This document shows positions 57,943-64,000 of a stretch of DNA of 64,000 nt, piece by piece. This stretch comes from Candidatus Methanosuratincola verstraetei. GTDB lineage: Archaea > Thermoproteota > Methanomethylicia > Methanomethylicales > Methanomethylicaceae. The translations under genes and the position numbers were made by a program. The stretch covers positions 576,001 to 640,000 of the forward strand of contig CP186953.1 of assembly GCA_049570475.1 (NCBI GenBank), read 5' to 3'. Within the stretch, counting starts at the first letter, position 1; each line of letters starts with the position of its first letter. The notes below the pieces were generated by a model. The model did no database searches. It was not told where the DNA came from and saw only the letters and a program-made list of their open reading frames with translations.

Positions 57943-60318
57943 ATGGGCTCGGAAGCGGATTGCCTCATAAGGGCTGCGGAATCGGTCAAGGCCATAATCT
58001 GCAAGCTCAGCCCGGATGGGAAGATCCTGAAGATGAACAGGCACGGTCTGGAATTCCTCGGGTATAGGGAGGAAGAGATCATCGGCAGGGATGCCTTCGG
58101 GACGATATTCCCCCCGAAAGCCGATGCTGCCTCAGCCCCAGCCTCAACCGCAGGATCAGGATCAGCAGGATCGTTGCTGGAGAAAGCAATCCCGTCAGGC
58201 ACCCTCGAGGTCGTGAGGAAGGACGGCACGCGCGCCCTGGTCAACTGGTCGAGCTGCCCCTGCGGCGAAGGGGATCAGGAGGAGATAATCGCGATCGGAG
58301 TGGATGTCACGGAGCATTCGGACCTCGAGAGGATGCTCAAAGTGCGGGAAGAGAGGGACCGGGCAGTTCTCCGCATCATCTCCCTGCTGCTGCGGGAAGA
58401 CTTGGACCTGGAAGCCGTCTCGGACGCCGTGCTCGAGGAGGCGAAGAGGCTCACCGGGAGCGAGTACGGGTTCGTAGGAACGATCGATCAGGAGACGGGG
58501 GAGCTCGTCGGGCACACGCTACGCAAAGGGTGCGCATTGGGAAGTACGGCTACCCGCTTCGCGCCCGGACCAGACGGAGAGTACAGGTCGCTCTTCGGGC
58601 ATGCGCTAAACACAAGGACGCCCTTCTTCACAAACTCCCCCTCGTCCCACCCCGCGTCGCGAGGCCCCCCGGCGGGGCACATCCCGGTAAAACAGTTCCT
58701 GGCGGTCCCTGTCCTTCTCGACGCCTGCTACAGGCCGCTCGGGATCATTGCCCTGGCTAACCCGGAGGAGGGCAGGTACGATGCGGACGACCTCGAGGCT
58801 GTCTGCGAACTTTCATACTACTTCGCGCTATCGCTGAACAGGAGGCTCCTCGAGGAGAGGATCCGGAGGAGCGAGAAGTACTACAGGGAGCTGTTCGAGG
58901 GGATCCCGATCCCCGTCTTCCTTGTGAATGCAGACGGGAGGCTGGAAAGGGTCAACAGAGAGCTAGCACGCCTCCTCGGCTATCCGAAGGAGGAGCTGGA
59001 GGGCAGGAGCTGGGAGGACGCGGTACACCCGAAGCATCTCCAGAGGATGCGCGAGTACCGGAAGGCGAGGCTCTCTGGCGAAGGGAACGAGGCGCCGGTT
59101 TCCTATGAGACCACGCTGGTGAGGAAGGACGGCAGCCCGGTGGATTGCCAGCTCAACGTGGTTTTTGTAGAAGGCGAAAAGGGAAGGATCCTCGGCTCGC
59201 TCTTCGACCTCACCGAGATAAAGCGGGTCCAGCGTGAGCTGGAGGAGAGCAAGAGGGAGCTCGAAAGGCATGCCTCCTCGCTCGAGAAGCTGGTCGAGGA
59301 GAAGACGCTGGAGCTTATGGAGAAGGAGAGGCTCGCCGCGATCGGGGGGGTGGCGATGATGGTGGGGCACGACCTGCGGAACCCTCTCCAAGCCATAACG
59401 AACCTGGCGTTCACGATGAAAGAGGTTTTAGGCGAGGCCCAGCAGGAGGGGGCGTGCAGTGACCCTGAGTGCAGATCCGGGAAGAAGCTGTCTGCAGTTG
59501 CCGCCGAGCTATCGGAGCTGATACAGAAGCTGGAGAAAAACGTCAAGTACATGGACAAGATCGTCTCGGACCTGCAGGACTTCAGCCGCCCTCTGGCAGT
59601 GGAGCTCGCGCCCACAAGGCTGGGGAGGGTGATCGAAGACGCTCTGGTCAGCATCGATGTGCCGGAGAATGTTGAGCTGAGGATAGGCATAGGGCGCCCG
59701 GAGGATGGCGTCAGCGTTGATGCTGATGCAAACGCAAAAGAAAACGGTGGCGGATGGGCGATTGACCGAGGCAAGCTTGAGGATTTGGAGTTTTTGCTCC
59801 CCTCGCAGCTCATCGTGAGGATGCTCAAGAACCTCATATTAAACGCAATACAGGCCATGCCAGTCGGGGGCAGGCTCACGATCAGCGCATGGGTCGAGGA
59901 GGCGGCAACTGCATCGGGGGAAGCAGAAGAGGCAGCGGTCCCCACTACTGCTCCAGCTTCCGCCCCAGCTCCTGCTGCGGCTCAACCACAACCGCAACCA
60001 CAGCAACCGGCACAGGTACAGGTACAGGCACAGGCAGACTCACGCGGAATCGGGGGCAAGAATGCAGTTGTGGTCTTCTCGGTCTCCGACACGGGAAAGG
60101 GGATACCGGCTGAGATAATGAAGGATCTCTTCAAGCCATTCAAGACCACGAAGCCAAAGGGCACGGGGCTGGGGCTGAGCATCGTAAAGAGGATAGCCGA
60201 CGCGGTGGGCGGGACGGTAGGGGTGGAATCGGAGCCAGGGAAGGGGACCAGGTTCACGATAAGGGTCCCTGCTCACCCCATTGCTTATGAGGGGAGGGCG
60301 GAAGGTCGAAGCCCGTGA
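57943..60318 (+). CDS. Cytoplasmic PAS-GAF-PAS sensor histidine kinase
   Basis: GHDLRNPL H-box, NAIQAM, DTGKGI, FKTTK, GTGLGL; no TM segments. Confidence 0.92.
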   Translation: MGSEADCLIRAAESVKAIICKLSPDGKILKMNRHGLEFLGYREEEIIGRDAFGTIFPPKADAASAPASTAGSGSAGSLLEKAIPSGTLEVVRKDGTRALVNWSSCPCGEGDQEEIIAIGVDVTEHSDLERMLKVREERDRAVLRIISLLLREDLDLEAVSDAVLEEAKRLTGSEYGFVGTIDQETGELVGHTLRKGCALGSTATRFAPGPDGEYRSLFGHALNTRTPFFTNSPSSHPASRGPPAGHIPVKQFLAVPVLLDACYRPLGIIALANPEEGRYDADDLEAVCELSYYFALSLNRRLLEERIRRSEKYYRELFEGIPIPVFLVNADGRLERVNRELARLLGYPKEELEGRSWEDAVHPKHLQRMREYRKARLSGEGNEAPVSYETTLVRKDGSPVDCQLNVVFVEGEKGRILGSLFDLTEIKRVQRELEESKRELERHASSLEKLVEEKTLELMEKERLAAIGGVAMMVGHDLRNPLQAITNLAFTMKEVLGEAQQEGACSDPECRSGKKLSAVAAELSELIQKLEKNVKYMDKIVSDLQDFSRPLAVELAPTRLGRVIEDALVSIDVPENVELRIGIGRPEDGVSVDADANAKENGGGWAIDRGKLEDLEFLLPSQLIVRMLKNLILNAIQAMPVGGRLTISAWVEEAATASGEAEEAAVPTTAPASAPAPAAAQPQPQPQQPAQVQVQAQADSRGIGGKNAVVVFSVSDTGKGIPAEIMKDLFKPFKTTKPKGTGLGLSIVKRIADAVGGTVGVESEPGKGTRFTIRVPAHPIAYEGRAEGRSP
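59983..60036 (+). repeat. Degenerate hexamer tandem repeats (CAACCR, CAGGYA) encoding QP/QV/QA
   Basis: caaccacaaccgcaaccacagcaaccggcacaggtacaggtacaggcacaggca inside the kinase ATPase domain. Confidence 0.8.
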
Positions 60319-60514
60319 AGGTGCGGAAGGACTCCATAAACCTGGACCATAGCGACGATCTTGGATGCAGGTTGCCAGCTTCGTGAGGATGAACAATTCG
60401 TATGAATATTACCATGGATACAACAGGAAGTGATTGGGGAATGGTTGTGTATCCATCCTCAAGAAGCTTGCCTATATCCAGCGCACCCAGAGCGCGTGGT
60501 CGGCTGATCGGGCA

Positions 60515-61540
60515 TTAATCATCGAAAAGGAACGAAAGCGAGTCCGAGGTTATCGGCTCCCTGGGGTCGACCTCCCTCTTCTCGAAGAAGGAGGGATAAA
60601 GATCGGCGTATCGGATCTCCCTCAGGTCGAAGCAGAACATCCTCGAGGGATTTTTAGGCTCCCCGCCCACGCCGATCATGATGCACACGGGCATCCCGAG
60701 CCTCTCCGAGACCTCACGCCACTTTTCGAGCTTGTCAGGCTTCGCGACGAATAGCTTGCCGTCCCTCATCCCCCTCCTGTACATGCACTCGAGGAAGAAC
60801 TCCTTACCCTGGACGATGTCCCTGATCCTGAAGTCGAACGAGCCATAGTCCTCCCAATCCTTGCCCCGTCCCTCCTTGTTCCAGGCGAGGACTTCGAAAT
60901 CGACCGTCAGCAGACCCCTCACGTACTCCTCGAAAGCCATTCCGAGCTCGAGGTTCTCCTGATTTATGGACGCAGGCTTCTCTGTGGAGGTCTGGAGATC
61001 CGGTGCTGGGGGCGATGGATGGGAGGGCGGCTGAGCCCCGCGGGGTCCGATCGAGAGCTTCTCGGTGTAAGGCTCCCGCTCGTAGAGCCCCCAGATCTCG
61101 TTGAACTTTCCCTCGATCTCAGGAGCCTCGGCAGGATCGTGCACGATCAGGAGCTCGATGTTGTTAGAGAGACCGTTCGCGGTGAGGTTGGCGGACCCGG
61201 TGACGGCTTAGTCCCCGTCGATCACGTAGACCTTTGCGTGGAGGCCGTAGTCCGATCGCAGGTCCCTGCACTTCACTATCAGAGCCTCGAACTGGGGGGT
61301 TCCCTTGGATTGGGGCACGGCCTCGCCCTTGACGAACTTCCTGATCATCTCGACCGCAGCCCCGTTGTTCTCGCAGTCCGCCATGATCACCCTGACCGAG
61401 ACGCCGCACCTGCAGAGGTTGAGGATCCGCTCCATGTATTCCTGGCTGATCCACGGGCTGCAGACGCAGACTCTCCTCCTTGCGCCGAGGAGCCTGTTCT
61501 CGATGTGCGCGCCGGCGCGGCGCCCCACGTGTATCTTCAT
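60515..61540 (-). pseudogene. PLD (HKD) nuclease fused to a PD-(D/E)xK-like domain, interrupted by in-frame TAA at 61208-61210
   Basis: HAKVYVIDGD*AVTGSANLT in one frame joins ORFs 61208-61567 and 60515-61144; C-terminal G..FE..V...FD...LECMYR. Confidence 0.8.
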
Positions 61541-62081
61541 CGCGCTGCCCCCGAATGGATCTGACATTAATTACGGCTGCAACTGTGTATTTATGCTTGA
61601 TTAGACGGCGCCCGCCGGTCCGGGCCAACGTGCAGAAGGAGGCGCCCAAGCGGCTTTCTGGATCGGCGGAGGGGGTCGCAGGGAGCGGGGTGGGTCGACC
61701 AGGGAGGGCTTTGGGCAGAGAAAAAATGCGCGTTTTCCTCAGCCCCCGCTGCGATGTGCCGAGGCCTAGGGCGGACTCCGGGCGCCAGGCAGCCCCCAAG
61801 CACAGGAACGGGAAAAAATGCAGGGCTAGGCAGCAAGAAAGCAGATGCTTTCCGGATTGCGTTGGAACGGCAGCCGGATGCGCACTGCAGCGATCTTGAT
61901 ACCACCCAAAAAACAAGTTCGGGAAAAAGTGTTTTTCTGAATTGTGCGAATGCAGGAGCACCCGGCACATGCTGCGTCCAGCCACAGCAAGCCTTACCGT
62001 CTTCAGAGCCCAGTCGCCTCCCAATTGACGGTTCATATCTGCCGCACCATGCATTAAAGCCCGGATTCTGGCAGACCGAAA

Positions 62082-63074
62082 ATGATTATAGCAGTCGCCC
62101 TTATCATCATCCTTGTGATAATCAACCCCTACGCCCCCAAGGCATGGCACCAAAGGCTGGTGTTTGCCTTCGACGACGTATTGATGCGGATTGCCCCCTT
62201 GATCTATGAGGGGCTGGTGATTCCGTGCAGGCGGAAGATCTACGACATTATGAAGAGGGGGGCGATCGATTCGAAGATCAGGTCCATAGTCTCTGGTGGG
62301 GCGTACCTCTTCACCAACGTGGAGGTGGAGACCGTGAACTGGTGCAACGGCGACTGCTCATTCTGCCCGGCCAGCGTGACGCAGGAGGGGCGCCCCAGGC
62401 AGGTCATGGAGGAGGGTCTCTTCAGGTCGTTGGTGGACCAGCTCAAAGATTTGGACTACAGCGGAGGGCTCGCCCTATATTCGAACAACGAGCCTCTGCT
62501 GGACCCGAGGATATGCGATTTTGCGGATTACGCAAGAGATCGGCTCCCGAATGCATTCATCTACATGATGACCAACTGGACGCTCCTGACCGAGGGCAAG
62601 TTGGCGAGGCTCATGGGATCGCTCGACAAGCTGATCATCGACAACTACAGTGACGACCTTGATCTGCTGCCAAATGTCCGAGATGCGGTGAGGCTCTGCT
62701 TGCAGAACGAGGCGTGGAGGAGGAAGGCGGTAGTGATCTTGCGCAAAAAGAACGAGTTCAGGACGAACAGGGCCGGTCAGGCAAGGAACCGGAAAAGCCG
62801 CATCCCCCTCTCGTCATCCTGCCTCTATCCCTTTTCGCAGGTCGTTGTCAGGCCCGACGGGAAGTTGAGCCTCTGCTGCAACGACGTCTGCGGGGTGACG
62901 ACTATGGGGGACCTGAAAAAGGAGGGGCTCCTCGAGGCATGGCGCGGCGATCGGTACCGGATTGCCAGATCCAGGATTGCGAGGGGCAGGGCCAACTACA
63001 GCCCTTGCATAATATGCGACAACCTTACGACGGATTACATCGACCGTTTCGCACGGCGCCTTGCCTGCCCGTAA
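62082..63074 (+). CDS. Radical SAM protein with SPASM/Twitch domain
   Basis: CNGDCSFC, NEPLLD, CLYPF...CCND...CIICD; hydrophobic N-terminus. Confidence 0.88.
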   Translation: MIIAVALIIILVIINPYAPKAWHQRLVFAFDDVLMRIAPLIYEGLVIPCRRKIYDIMKRGAIDSKIRSIVSGGAYLFTNVEVETVNWCNGDCSFCPASVTQEGRPRQVMEEGLFRSLVDQLKDLDYSGGLALYSNNEPLLDPRICDFADYARDRLPNAFIYMMTNWTLLTEGKLARLMGSLDKLIIDNYSDDLDLLPNVRDAVRLCLQNEAWRRKAVVILRKKNEFRTNRAGQARNRKSRIPLSSSCLYPFSQVVVRPDGKLSLCCNDVCGVTTMGDLKKEGLLEAWRGDRYRIARSRIARGRANYSPCIICDNLTTDYIDRFARRLACP

Positions 63075-63201
63075 AGCTTCTGCGGGGGCGCTAATTTCGA
63101 TGGTTCCGGCACAATCTTGTTCATCATTTATGGCAGAACGCCAGCTATCCGCGCTACGGCTGACAGGGCGCCTAGGGGGGAGGGCGCCCAGGATCGCCAA
63201 T

Positions 63202-64000
63202 TCATTCGCGCTGAAGCCGGCATTGCACCAGATGGGATTTCCAAGCCTGGGACGTGGGCTCGCCGCCCAGGACCTCCTCAAGAGGCAGGTCGTACCGGAC
63301 CGAGTGGAATATACCGTGCGAAGGGTTTTCCTTTATAACGCTCCTCGGTACGCCCTCGAAGCGCACGTATGGGAAGTCGAGCCTCCCGCACGAGAAGCCC
63401 ATTGCGCTGACGATCGTCGGCAGCCTGAGCTCGCAGAAGCCCGAGGGCCACCTGACCGAGGATATCGCCTCGACAGCAGGCCTGGATATGATCAGACCCG
63501 GGAAGAAGCAAAGGTAAAGCCTTGTCCGGCAGCCCCTGTTACGGAGCCACTTTTCGAAGCCCTTTTTGACCCCCACCGGCGCTTTGATCCACTTCCAGTA
63601 CGAGACCGACGAATCGATCTCCCGGAAGTTCACGAAGGCTGCGTCGTACTTCAGGTAAGGCGAGTATATCTCGCTGACGCTCCTGGTTAGGTACACATCG
63701 TACTCGAGGTAAACAAGATAATCGAAGTCGAGCCCCCTGCCCTCGGCGCGGAACCAGTTGCGGATCGCCTTGTCCTGGTTGTAGTAGCCCAGCGGAGTGA
63801 AGTCGAAGTAGGGCTCGAGCCCCAGACCGCGGAGGGCACTGCGCACCCTCTTTGCGCGATCCCCCAGCTTCCTTCGGCTCCGCTCAGAGATTGCCGACTC
63901 GATGCCAGGCGACTGGAGGAGGCGCATTAGGACCTCCAGGGCGATCCTCCGCGGGAGCCTGGATCGGGGGAGGCGCATGCCTGCGCCGAAGCACGGGACG
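63202..64000 (-). CDS. GT-A-like hypothetical protein (5' end probably beyond the window)
   Basis: LEYDV DxD-like motif, CELRLPT, FHSVR; frame open to the window edge. Confidence 0.6.
   Translation of the reverse strand, partial: VPCFGAGMRLPRSRLPRRIALEVLMRLLQSPGIESAISERSRRKLGDRAKRVRSALRGLGLEPYFDFTPLGYYNQDKAIRNWFRAEGRGLDFDYLVYLEYDVYLTRSVSEIYSPYLKYDAAFVNFREIDSSVSYWKWIKAPVGVKKGFEKWLRNRGCRTRLYLCFFPGLIISRPAVEAISSVRWPSGFCELRLPTIVSAMGFSCGRLDFPYVRFEGVPRSVIKENPSHGIFHSVRYDLPLEEVLGGEPTSQAWKSHLVQCRLQRE

Noticed and set aside
61600-62080. Possible RNase P RNA (minus strand GGGGGCTGAGGAAA at ~61734-61747)
   Set aside because: Not followed by the (G/C)TCC P4 strand and no 3' P4 partner found
1-64000. CRISPR array, rRNA, IS/transposase, provirus
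   Set aside because: No regularly spaced repeats or diagnostic genes seen by eye

Overview
Archaeal chromosome segment, GC-rich by eye. An unsplit rpoB, split rpoA'/A'', S7-EF1a-S10 without EF-2 and intron-containing tRNAs point to TACK/Thermoproteota; Methanomethylicia (Verstraetearchaeota) is a plausible but unproven guess. 1-28.5 kb is mostly core: the L3-L4-L23-L2-S19-L22-S3 cluster, a SPOUT methyltransferase, valS, a PiT phosphate transporter, rtcB-archease and the rpoH-B-A1-A2-L30e-nusA-S12-S7-EF1a-S10 superoperon. A ~4 kb stress block (DpsL, ZIP, Rieske, ferritin-like, UvsE, TspO-like) sits downstream of tRNA-Ser. 28.5-52.5 kb holds tRNA-Tyr, tRNA-Asp, HtrA, a pyrimidine cluster with a PyrD-PyrK fusion and a divergent PyrF, Sir2, an OCD/AlaDH, a flippase, a LIV-type ABC transporter and IorAB. 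52.5-64 kb looks accessory: VapBC, a beta-helix surface protein, an ADP-ribosylglycohydrolase, an orphan histidine kinase, a stop-interrupted PLD + PD-(D/E)xK double nuclease, a radical SAM protein and a GT-like gene. Most notable: recurrent apparent ATA/ATT start codons (clearest in nusA), two microproteins missed by the ORF track, the interrupted double nuclease, a 63-nt tRNA-Tyr intron and several operator-like palindromes. No CRISPR, rRNA, integrase or transposase was seen, and I cannot claim a complete novel multi-gene system.
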